A stretch of DNA of 64,000 bases. Source: a virus. The notes under the pieces are model-generated. The model saw only the letters and a program-made list of their open reading frames with translations, ran no database searches and was not told the origin of the DNA. Of this stretch, positions 1 to 10,800 are shown in pieces. How positions within the stretch are numbered: position 1 is the stretch's first letter; every line of letters begins with the position of its first letter. The position numbers and the translations under genes are program-made. The stretch is from the IMG/VR virus record IMGVR_UViG_3300008262_000045, positions 4,710 to 68,709 of that record, one strand, 5' to 3'.

Positions 1-25
1 TTTATTTTAACGATCAATAATCCCC

Positions 26-1849
26 ATGTCGCGCCAGTTCAAAAATCGAAAAGCCGTTGACCCCTACGGGAAAGACTACTCGCAAATCCCTAGCACAATC
101 CAGTGGGGCGACATGATGATTTCCAAGGATGCAACGCCGGAAATATGGGAGAAATACGCGGAAAAAATCAGAGCCGGAGAGGAATCCCCGCAGCCTTATC
201 GCAACAGCATGAGGCAAAGAACAGATCGCGAGTTGATTGAGCGAGGCTTGGCTGATAATGAAGCCAAGTTAAGATATTCCTACAATGCCGCGCTTCAAAA
301 AAAAGAAAGCAGTGAGCGTCTTTTAAGAATCAATACATTGGAAGATGCAAGGCGGGAGTTCCCGAATAGGCCTGACGATGAGTTGCGACAAATTCTCGAT
401 ACAACAAGCAAGACGAGAAAATACCTTGAAGCTGATGCGAAAAAGTACGCCGCCACAGGCGGTGGATTCCCGACATACGAAGAATGGAAAATTCAAGCGG
501 AAGCCGAGGAGAAAGAACATCAGAGAAGGATGCAGGCCCAACCGCAACCCTTGCGGTCAGTTCCTGCAGGCACAATCCGAGAACCGCTTTTTGGACGCAA
601 CCCAGACGGTTCACCTAAGCCTCGCCCCCCCGGCATGGATTCCGAACAAGTCCTAGCTCTGGCGCAAGCCCAAGAACGCCAATATAACCCTCCCCAAAAG
701 ACAACAAAGAAAACCTCTAAGGCTACAAGCGCCAAGACTGCAAGTACGCCGCCCGGAGTAATCGGGTACGACGCTCTTAACCAACCCGTATACGGCAAGG
801 CCGCGCCAACTCAAAAGCCTGCTCCTAATGCACAGCCAGTATTCCAAGATAAGATCACTTATACCGATAGCCAAGGGAATACAAAAACGAGAGAGCCGAT
901 TTTTGGGATTGAACTACAACGAGCCGCGCAAAATGCAGCGCCGGGATTACGAACAACCCTGACAGCAGAAGAAGAAAAAAAAGTCAACGATTTGCTGGCA
1001 AAAAAGAAAGGCCAAATGCTCTTTGCTAATGGAGTTGAAGCCGTTCAAAGATTTGCTGGGATGGATAGTAGGGGCGAGCCAGTTTTCACATCTGAACTAC
1101 CATCTCAATACCAACAAAAACCTCAACAACCCATTGATAGGCGTGGAGCAGGTCTAACCCCTCCGTCAGTAAATCGAGACATACCATCAAATCTAAATAA
1201 AGTATGGACAGGAAGTTACGATAATGCCGGCGATCCTATTTATGGCGTTGCCGTGCCGGGGATGAAGGTCAATGTCCCAAAAGGAAAACCGCTCCCCAAG
1301 GAACAAGTGCTAGCCGCACGCGAAGCCTTTAAACAGACTCAGCAATACAAGGACGCCGAAGCATTTGCAAATTCTGGCAAGCCTGGATCAAGGACGAACC
1401 CATTGCCAGGGCAACTCCCAACAGGAGAACGATTACAGTGGGTTGACACCGGCGGGCGCGACAAAGATGGGCATCCAATATACGGGGTCAAAGCGACGCC
1501 AGAGCAGCTAAAGAAAGCGCAAAGCCAATCTTTTAGTGGCGGCGTTGTTAAACCAAACAGCGCGGCTTCATCGGCTAAAGCACAAAAAGACGAACAACCA
1601 TTGCGTGATATGCAGGGGAATCGAATTAAGCTCGATGATATGTATATCAGCGGCGGGCTTGGCAAATCGGCAGAATCTAAAAAGGAAAGCGCAGCATCCA
1701 AAAAGAAAGCATCACAACCCGCTTCAACCAAAGGAGCAGGCCAAGCAGGGGGGAGTTTCCGAGTCATCAATGGACAGGTACGCTTCTTTGGTAGTGGAGC
1801 GGATGCCGCTTCCGAAGTGGAAGCCGTGAAACCAACGGGAATGCGCTAA
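26..1849 (+). CDS. Low-complexity putative internal virion protein with GxDxxGxPxYG repeats
   Basis: 607-aa ORF rich in P/Q/K/A/G; repeated GYDALNQPVYG, GSYDNAGDPIYG, GRDKDGHPIYG; C-terminal GGSFRVINGQVRFF; virion role inferred from context. Confidence 0.7.
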   Translation: MSRQFKNRKAVDPYGKDYSQIPSTIQWGDMMISKDATPEIWEKYAEKIRAGEESPQPYRNSMRQRTDRELIERGLADNEAKLRYSYNAALQKKESSERLLRINTLEDARREFPNRPDDELRQILDTTSKTRKYLEADAKKYAATGGGFPTYEEWKIQAEAEEKEHQRRMQAQPQPLRSVPAGTIREPLFGRNPDGSPKPRPPGMDSEQVLALAQAQERQYNPPQKTTKKTSKATSAKTASTPPGVIGYDALNQPVYGKAAPTQKPAPNAQPVFQDKITYTDSQGNTKTREPIFGIELQRAAQNAAPGLRTTLTAEEEKKVNDLLAKKKGQMLFANGVEAVQRFAGMDSRGEPVFTSELPSQYQQKPQQPIDRRGAGLTPPSVNRDIPSNLNKVWTGSYDNAGDPIYGVAVPGMKVNVPKGKPLPKEQVLAAREAFKQTQQYKDAEAFANSGKPGSRTNPLPGQLPTGERLQWVDTGGRDKDGHPIYGVKATPEQLKKAQSQSFSGGVVKPNSAASSAKAQKDEQPLRDMQGNRIKLDDMYISGGLGKSAESKKESAASKKKASQPASTKGAGQAGGSFRVINGQVRFFGSGADAASEVEAVKPTGMR

Positions 1850-1854
1850 AAAGA

Positions 1855-2385
1855 ATGGCCATCAAAACACCAAGTCGAATCTTTATTGACGAGTCAGGGA
1901 AAAGCGTGGCCGAACTTGCTGCCGCCGCCGCCGGACTGACTCAAGAGGCGATGGTAGCGCGTGTTGAACTTATCAAGGTTGCACAAAACGGAAACCTTGA
2001 AGCGCGAAAAGCCATCATCGAACTATCTAAAGTTGTCCCGCCCAACCCTGATGCTGAGAAGAAAAGGAAATTCCGCAAGCCTAGACGATTGACAAAAGAC
2101 TTGAACAGGAAAGACCGGCTCACATTGCGCGGCGAAGAAAAAGCCGTGCGATCCGTAGATGGCAGAATGCTTGAGATTAAAGATGTTCTAAACAAAGGCG
2201 GGCTTGCCGGCGGCAAAAAGCTCCCGCAATATGTTGTGGATGCTATTGCTTTCAAAGCGGAACGCGCCGCAAAGAAAGTTGCGCCTGTTACTCCGGGCAT
2301 CAAACAACTAGGGCCAAAGCAACCCACCGAAAAACAATTACAACGCGAAGCCGCAAGAGCGCAGGCGGCAGAGGACGCCATGTAG
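1855..2385 (+). CDS. Hypothetical basic protein
   Basis: 176-aa ORF starting 5 nt after the previous stop, K/R/A rich. Confidence 0.7.
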   Translation: MAIKTPSRIFIDESGKSVAELAAAAAGLTQEAMVARVELIKVAQNGNLEARKAIIELSKVVPPNPDAEKKRKFRKPRRLTKDLNRKDRLTLRGEEKAVRSVDGRMLEIKDVLNKGGLAGGKKLPQYVVDAIAFKAERAAKKVAPVTPGIKQLGPKQPTEKQLQREAARAQAAEDAM

Positions 2386-2447
2386 CATTGCGCCAAACTT
2401 TACCATTGATCTTGCCGAAACATTAAACAATAAACAGAACAAAACTT

Positions 2448-4817
2448 ATGGCTACAAAAAATACAAACTGGAGCGAACAACCAAGGATTTACAAAAAGGA
2501 TATGGTACCTCTTCCCGGAGGCGGGTTTGGTAGCTCTACAGAAGCGGCTTACTTAGCCAGTAACATGACAAAAGATAAGGCTTGGGCTGATTTCAAAGCT
2601 GGGCGCATAGGTAGTAAGGAAATGGAACGCATCACCGGATATAAAAGCGGGAGCAGACCAAGTGCCGGCGGCTGGAAACCGCCAACAGAAGGAAGCTCGA
2701 CTCCAACGACAAGGCCACCAAAACCCGGCGACATTAAACTTGGCCCCGGAGGACTCCCGCCCGAGTTTCGCAACCAAGGGAACACTGCTATCCCCGCAGA
2801 CTTTAAGCCAGGGGTCATCATGCCAACCGAAACCGAGCGGCAGGAAATGGAAAACAATCCCAACTTTATCAACGGACTACCGCCCGGAATGAACCCAGCA
2901 GGGACGCCATCCGCCGCTTGGAATGCTCCGCAAAGCCCGCAACAGCCAAACTCGCGGCCTATATCAGGATCAGGAACTGCATTTGTTGACGATAAGGGCA
3001 ACAAGCCTCCAATCAAACCGGGAAGTGGCATTGGCAAACCAGGACCAATGCCTCCTTACATGGGTGGCGATGCCCTATACTTTGACGATAAGGGCAACAA
3101 GCCGAACAGGCCACAGGCTGGGGGTTCTGAATGGCAGAATGGAACGGTTGGGCCGACGAATACGGCGTGGACGGGTTACGGTAATCCTCCTCGCCCGGTA
3201 CCAATGCCTCCTTGGGGTGGTGGCGATAATCCATACACCCCCGAAATTGAGCCGCCTAGAAACAAACCTCCCATGCTGCAGCCTGGCATTGTTGAGGCAG
3301 GTTTTTCGGCGACCAGCGTTACCCCCGAGTTTAACTACACCGATCCTAAAAAGTTTAAGAAAGAAATGCTTAACCTCAAGCAAGACATTCGCGAGGCTCA
3401 AGCAGACGGGGATACAGAAAAATTAAATCGTCTCATTGATAAGCAGAACAAAGCCAACTACACAGTCCAAGGACTAAACGCAGGCTTATCGCAGGAGGAA
3501 GCAGCCCGATACGCAAAGCGCGAAGCGGATATTGATGCAAAGGCTAAGGCGAAAGGCGGCGCTGGCGGACGAATAGAGGAACCGGGGACAGTTGAACGCC
3601 GCCAACAAGATAAGCCTCGCAATCAAGAGGCAAGGCAAAACACACTTGATAGAGCCGAGGCCCAACGCCTTGCTAATGGGACGCCGGAAGAACAGGCCAA
3701 GTATGACAAGTTAAAAAGAGCAGGCCAACTACCAGGGCAAGACGGGAAACCAATCACACCAATCGCTGATCCTGTTGATCGCGGAGGTAAGACTAGAAAG
3801 CCAATCGCTGATCCCGTTGATCGCGGAGGGGGAAGTCAACAACCAACAGCCCAATCAATGTTTCAGGACATTGACGCTAGAAACCGTGCTAATGAACAGG
3901 CGCAACAAGCCGCGCAGTCACGAGAAGCCCAGCGCAACCAAGCCGCGAGAGACGCTGTTGCACAGAAACATGGTTACGCAAATGCTGAAGAAGCTGCAAA
4001 AAACGGTATGCAAATAGGAAACCCCGGCGGAAAACCACCCGGAGGTTCAGGCGGAGGAGGCGGAGGAGGCGGGGGAGGCGGCAGAGGTGGAGGAAAAGGG
4101 AAAGGGAAAGGCGCTCCTCAAGGACGCGAGACAGCTAAAGAACGCAACGCTAGAATGGAAGCAGCGGCCGATAAGCGACGCGACGCCCAATACAAGGCAG
4201 ATCGGCGGCAAGACGCAATTAACGAAGGGTATTCAAGGCTTGACCCTGAAGGTAGCAAAAAATTCTTTGAAAGGGCAAGGGATAAAAAAGAAGCCAACAA
4301 CCAAAAGCAAGGTAACAACCCGAGGCCATCAAGCAAACCCTCAAATTCTAGCGGAAATGTTCATCATTCAAAGGCATCGGGCGGCAAGGGATGGCAAGGA
4401 TACGCGGATGATTGGACTGCTGAAGCAAATAGACTTCGCAAGGCTGGCGATTTAAAGGGAGCGGCAGAGGCAGAAAAAGCGGCCAAGCAATATTCAAGCT
4501 ATAAAGAAGGGGATAACCCATACGCTTCAATCCCAAAGCTATCCGATAAAAACAAACCAAGCTCCCCCGCTAATACTGGAGAAGTGAGTAATGATAACTC
4601 TCTTAATTTGGGAATGCCAGACACATCATCTGTTCCAGATATAACATATACTCCAGGTTCTCCAAATACTACCGGCAACCCGCTATCATCAAACAACACC
4701 GGCTTCAACAATGGCGGCGGCATGGGAGGCGGGCAAGGCGGTGGAGGCGGAGGAGGAAACAGCGGAAGCGGTGGCAGATTTGTAACAATCAATGGCCAAG
4801 TTAGATACTTTGCTTAA
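2448..4817 (+). CDS. Low-complexity G/P/Q-rich putative internal virion protein
   Basis: 789 aa; internal duplications DDKGNKP and PIADPVDRGG; poly-Gly tracts; ends GGRFVTINGQVRYFA. Confidence 0.7.
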   Translation: MATKNTNWSEQPRIYKKDMVPLPGGGFGSSTEAAYLASNMTKDKAWADFKAGRIGSKEMERITGYKSGSRPSAGGWKPPTEGSSTPTTRPPKPGDIKLGPGGLPPEFRNQGNTAIPADFKPGVIMPTETERQEMENNPNFINGLPPGMNPAGTPSAAWNAPQSPQQPNSRPISGSGTAFVDDKGNKPPIKPGSGIGKPGPMPPYMGGDALYFDDKGNKPNRPQAGGSEWQNGTVGPTNTAWTGYGNPPRPVPMPPWGGGDNPYTPEIEPPRNKPPMLQPGIVEAGFSATSVTPEFNYTDPKKFKKEMLNLKQDIREAQADGDTEKLNRLIDKQNKANYTVQGLNAGLSQEEAARYAKREADIDAKAKAKGGAGGRIEEPGTVERRQQDKPRNQEARQNTLDRAEAQRLANGTPEEQAKYDKLKRAGQLPGQDGKPITPIADPVDRGGKTRKPIADPVDRGGGSQQPTAQSMFQDIDARNRANEQAQQAAQSREAQRNQAARDAVAQKHGYANAEEAAKNGMQIGNPGGKPPGGSGGGGGGGGGGGRGGGKGKGKGAPQGRETAKERNARMEAAADKRRDAQYKADRRQDAINEGYSRLDPEGSKKFFERARDKKEANNQKQGNNPRPSSKPSNSSGNVHHSKASGGKGWQGYADDWTAEANRLRKAGDLKGAAEAEKAAKQYSSYKEGDNPYASIPKLSDKNKPSSPANTGEVSNDNSLNLGMPDTSSVPDITYTPGSPNTTGNPLSSNNTGFNNGGGMGGGQGGGGGGGNSGSGGRFVTINGQVRYFA

Positions 4818-4842
4818 CGCTATAAAATAGATAATAAATTTA

Positions 4843-7800
4843 ATGGGAATACGAAACGACCTTGAATCGGCCATGCGTTCGGGAGACAGCATGGGAGTAT
4901 CTAGAATCCGAGACGAAGCCTCATCCTACGGGCTTACGGATGTCATGCGGCAAGCGGAACGCAATCTCCGTGAAATAGAAAAGAACAACGCCCGTGCCGA
5001 GCGTGAACGAATCAAGGGGCAAAAGGCTATGGAGCGCGAAGCCGCTCAACAAGCCAAGGATGCGGCCAGCAAATACAAAGAAGGCGCGATTGCATTCTTT
5101 ACGGAAGGCACAGGAGCAAGTCGAGTAGTTAAACCTATTTCCGCCCCGTCAGGTGGCGTGATGAAAAAATATAGCAAGAATGGCCCATTGTGGGATAGTA
5201 TTTCTGGCTTGCCATACGCCCGCAACGAGGTAGACGGGCAGCTAACACAAATTGACCCACTAAAAGACGGCAAGACCGTTGTTAAAGATGGCCATGTGTA
5301 CAAAGTTGTTGACGGCATGGCTTGGGAATGGGCGGGATTTGACCCGAACGCTATTGGTAACGACCCTGCGCTTGCGAAAGAACTAAAAGACAAGGCTGCA
5401 GAGCTAAAAAAAGAAAGCGAGCTAGCAAACAGCGAGATGGCTCTATTGAAGAAAGATATTGCCAGCGATGAAAGCAGGCTCCGCGACCTTGAGAAGCAAA
5501 AGAAATTAGCGTCAGGCGATGAGTACAACCGACTGCAAGGGGAGATTGACAAGCTCAAGAATGGAATTACTGGGAAGAAAGACAAGTTAGAACTGGCCGA
5601 GATTGAATCCTACAAAGCATTGGCTCGGCGCAAAGAGTTTGACCAACAATCCGATCAAAAGCTGGCTCAAGACTTGGCAAACCGCAAGCAACTGGCTTAC
5701 ACAGGCGATCCTAAGGGAGGGATGGGGGTGGATAGCGCGATTGCTAGAGGGCAAAAGGCGCAGCAACTTAAAAACTCATATAGTCCCGAAGATTTGCTCC
5801 ATGAGATGATAATGGGGAATATCAACCCTGATGGAACAAAAGGGAAAGGGTTGCAAGGTCTTATTGACGGTGGACTTCAACGCGATTCCATGTACTTGAA
5901 TCAGTGGGGGCAAGCAGTAGACAAGGCTAATGCTCAAAAGCGGGATGCTCAACAGAAAGAGTGGGCGCAAAATAAATCAACTCAAGCTACTCTTGATCTT
6001 GTTAGAAGCCAAAAAGATATCAAGCTAACAGGCACAAATGACAAAGGTCAACCAAGCGGGATGCTCAATGATCCCAAGATAAAGCCAGAACTTAAAACTA
6101 AAATACAGGACTTTATAAACAAGACAGGGCTAACATCAATCCCTGCATCCTGGCAAACCCAAGAAGCTCAAGAGGCCCGCGCCAATGCCGGGCTTTATGG
6201 ATACTACGATGTTTCCGTCCCAAAAAACTTTACACTTAAAGACGGCAAGATCACTACCACCAAGGAGGAACCCGCCAGCATTTGGGGGGTTGATATGCCG
6301 TGGAATACGAGCAAGGAGGTTAATGTAGGCACATATCAATTTGATAAGAATGGCGTTCCGTTTATCGAGCTTGATAAAAACAACCGCCTCTCCCCCTCGC
6401 AGTTATCCGGCAATCCCCTTGATGGAGTGAAGGAGTATATGCCCATGCCTGATAATTGGGTCAGCAATTTTATTCCTAAAGACCCGAGTTCTATCAAAAC
6501 ATTCAAAGACCTTGATACGAACACGCAGAAATCGTTGATGGCTGACTACAATAAAGAGGTATCCAACTATCAACAGACAGCAAAGGACGCTTGGGCGGGG
6601 CAGAAGATGGACGCTGGCCGGGTTCGCGACACGCTAGACCGATGGACAGTAGCAACGCCAGCGCAACGCCAAGAAATGATTGCCGAGCTTGATCCTCGAC
6701 AAGCCAAGATACCAGCCGCAGATCGACGCCTTGACACCCGCGCTTTGTTTGAAGCTGGAGTTATCAGCGCACAAGATGGACGCTTGTTTGAAAAGGCATT
6801 CTATGGAACAGAACCAGCCATGCCTAATGTCAACGAGGCATGGGAGGATTGGAAATCAAGTAGCGCAAATGGGCAGAAGTACACCGCAACAGCTTCCTCT
6901 ATTGGTGATTCTACCCTAACAGGGAATTTGCTTAATCTACTGCCAGGGTCAATAGCAAAAGTTGGGGCCAAGTTGTTGCTGGATAAAAGCGCACTTGGAA
7001 CTTTAGTGAGTGCCGATGCAAAGGCCAGACTCACAACGCTTGAAGCCGACGCTAAGCAGAACTTCCTGACAGACTACTACAAAGAAAACTCTCGGCGTGT
7101 TGATTTTGATGACAAATCATTTACGCAGACCCGCAACGCCATGTTGAAAGATGTTCCGATAACGGAATGGGCCAACAAGGTGATTGTTGATTTAGCGTAT
7201 GGAGTAGCCGGCCCCGCAGTTGGCATGGTTGGCGGCACGGTAGCGTTAGTTGCGGATGCGGCAGTTGATAAAGTGAATCAAGTGCTTGGCTCAAATAGGA
7301 TTGATTTGCTTAACGACAAGGAGCGGAAAATAATAGAGACTCAAACCTCTGCTTCATTGCGGAACATGAGCATGGCGGTTGCTGATCGACTTGAACCGCT
7401 TGCTAAGGTTAATGCAATGTTAACCCCAGGAACCGGCATGGTTATGGCCGCGCTTGGAGCGTATGATAAAAACGCACCCTCTGATTTATGGAACGGCAAA
7501 ACTGCCGGACAATTAAACCGCAAGCTAGACGGGCTTATCAATGAAATTGATAATGGCACTTTGACAGAAGCAAAGTACGCGCAGTACGACAAAGAAATTA
7601 GCGCGCTTTCCAAAGCGTTTAACGATCAGAGATCAAAGGCGAGTGGATGGATGGGGGGATGGGACGATAAGGCTGGCATCAAGCTAGACTACGAAAACAG
7701 CATCTCAAATCCAAAGTCTGCAATGGCTCAATACATTGCGGCGTACCAAGAAACTCGCGACCCAAGGCTCTCCACATCATTAAAGGGGGCAGCATTCAAC

Positions 7801-10800
7801 TCGCAAGCAGAGCTTGAGATTCAAAGGGCAGCAAGTGATTATGCTACGATGAACGGGCAGTTAAATGAAACTGTACCATTCGGAGGATTTATGTCGGCTG
7901 TTCGCGGGGGGTATGTCGCTCCGCTTACTGAGCAGGGGATCGAGTTATTAACTAACATTGCTGGCGTTGCAACCGGTGGCGCGCTATGGGGCGTCAAAGC
8001 ACTAGGCACAACAGCTAAAGCCAGCTCCGCATTAAACAAGGCCGCAAAAGTTGTCAATGCTTTAGAAGACGGGGCCGGGGTTGTTGGTGATGCTTTCCGA
8101 GGGCTTGGCAAGATTGAAAGACAGCCCGGAGTTAGCCTTACAGACGGGCAAAAGTTATGGAATACCAGCGTTGATCTAACAAAGCAATACACGGTATCTG
8201 GCGGTGGAGAGTTCTTCCAAGAATCTATTGCCGCATTTGGCGAGGCCGGGGCAACCGTTGGCGACGCTCTTAACCAAGGATTTAGCGGGTTGATCGGCGG
8301 CGTTGGAATGTCAGCAGTTCACGGAGGAGTGGGTTATGGGCTGAATACTATTACTAGCGGCATCAAGCAGGCGAAACTTGAACAGGCCCAAACTAAAACG
8401 CTGACAAAATTCGTAGAGGACTACAACAAAACCAATACATCAGGCACTCCGCTAACTCTTGACGAAGCAAGGCAAGCACAAGCCTATCAATCGCCTGCAA
8501 CCGTTTCTATGTTGCAGAATCAGCGTAAGGACTTGATCACTCGGTTAAGTAATGTCAATGCCGAAATCAAATCCCTGCCTCCTACTCCAATAGCACCCAA
8601 AAACCCCACCACCCCAGGTAAAGTGACAACCCCTAAGTTGGCCACTCGCCGGGAGACACTGCTTAACGAAAAGAATCAGATCGAAGGCCAGTTGGCCGCT
8701 AATACGCTCGACACGGTTGTTATTGGCGAAAACAGCTTCACGATTGCGCGGGAGATCAACAAACTGCCAGAGCAACAGCGCGCACTAGTTGATGCAACTA
8801 TTCGCGCCGCTAATGGATCACCGCTAACCGAACAGCAAGAGAACCTTTTAATCAATCATCCTACCAAGTCAGGCAGTCCAGCAGCATACACCTACGGAGA
8901 GACGAGCTTTGACTTTGTGCTGTCTGATGAACTGCGAGCGGAGATCAAGCAAATTGCGCCCGAGACAGCTAAAACCCCAGCGATTCGCAAGACACAAGCT
9001 GAGCGTGATGCCGAGTTGCGGGCCAAGTACGGCGGCGTCTTTAGGTATATCAACGGCAAGCAAATATTTATTGCAGACAAACCGCAGGGACAAGAGGCGG
9101 CAACTCCCCAACCGCAACCTAAGCCTAAACCCAAGGCTCCCCCGCGCTTAAATACTGACAACATGACGCCGCCAGTGCAAAAGCCGTCAGCACCAGCAAC
9201 CTCAATCCCGCAACGGGAAAATCCAGCGGAGCAAGCCCCTACTCCAATCCAAGTCACGCCTACTGTAACAGAGAACTTCCAAACGGAAGACGGGCAAGAA
9301 GCCACCGGCACATTTGAAAAGCAACCCGATGGGAATTGGCAACAGACTAGCCCCGAGGCTCCAACTTTTACCATCACGCCTGCTGACACGCAGTTCTACC
9401 AAACCCTAGAGGATAAAGCGGCTTATGCGTTAAACCCACAGTCACCCGACCCTGTACAGCCCGGCGAATACAAGCAAGCAGGCTATACCGCAATTGAACC
9501 CGCGACAGCATCGACCCCAGCAGATACCGCGATCAATGTCCAACCAGCTCAAGCCGACTCTGTTGAGCCAGCAACGCTTGTTCAGCCAACAGCGACAGAC
9601 CCAGCCCTAACACAACAGCAATCCCGACCCGGAACCCCTGATGCTGTCAATACAAGCAGCCAAGTATTGCCGCCGCCGATACCTGCCGAAGCATACTCGC
9701 CGCAAGTTTTCATGCAGCCTGTAAATCGCGGTTCAGCATTGCTTATGCTTCAAACTGCCGCGCCGTGGGTATCCTCTGCTCCGATTGTTGTTCGCTCTCC
9801 GCGATTCTTTATCAATAGCGCCGGCAACAAGGTTATTGACGCCGAACAACACGCAAGCCTGCCAGCTAATGAGAAGGCTGATTACAGCCCGAACCAAGGC
9901 GCTATGTTTGCGTTGGATGGTAAAATCTATGTGGATGAAGCCGCGCTAGTCGATTACATCAATGCCACGGCTCCCGAGTTGAGGCAGGACAAGCTCAAGG
10001 CCGCATTGCGCGAAGAAGTTATTCATGTCGCCACTATGAATGTGCGTGACAGCAAACAGATTTCCGAGGATTGGAATATGTTGCCTGACGAGGCTAAACG
10101 CCGCGTCATTGAAACATACTTCACATCCGACTTGGAACGAGCCGGAGGCGATTGGACACAAGTCGAAGTCCCCGCCTTTAATGCAGGAGCGGAGTTCTGG
10201 CGCATGTACCTGAACGCCGTTACAGAGGGCCGCACCACAGAGCAAGTTGATTTGCTCACAGAGGTAGCCGAATACGCAAAGACAAACCCCAGCTTTGCCG
10301 CCAGGATCAAACAGGCACTAGAAGACATTGCGCGTTGGTTGCGCGAGGAACTTCTAAGCAATCTTGACCCTGACGCCCGCGTTCAGTTCGAGCAAGCCGC
10401 ACAGAAAATCGAAGCGGAGGTTGCAAGACTTGAGCAGGAGTTCGGCATGACCAACGCAACTGCGACGCCGGAAGCCGAAGCTGCTTCCCCGATGGCATCG
10501 CCTGTGGTAGAAGCCAATGCGCCTCCGGCTCTCCCTGCCGAGACAATCAGCACAGAGCCTGTCACTCTACCTGAAAAGCCGAAGCCAAAGAATCAGGCGT
10601 ATGTGCCTAAACCTGCCATTGGATCATCCGCATGGAAGCAAGAGGCTGTCTACACCTCATTAACTGGCGGGGCCGCAGCGTTTGGCTACAAGATAGTTGA
10701 TACTGGCATCGCTAGCCCGTTTGAAGCCTACGGCAATACGCTAAATTGGGGTACACAGCTTTACGACAAGCTCAACCCTGGCAGTGAGATCGGGCAATGG

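Noticed and set aside
4040-4095. GGC/GGA microsatellites as phase-variation tracts
   Set aside because: In-frame, mixed-codon poly-Gly linkers; length change would not shift the frame
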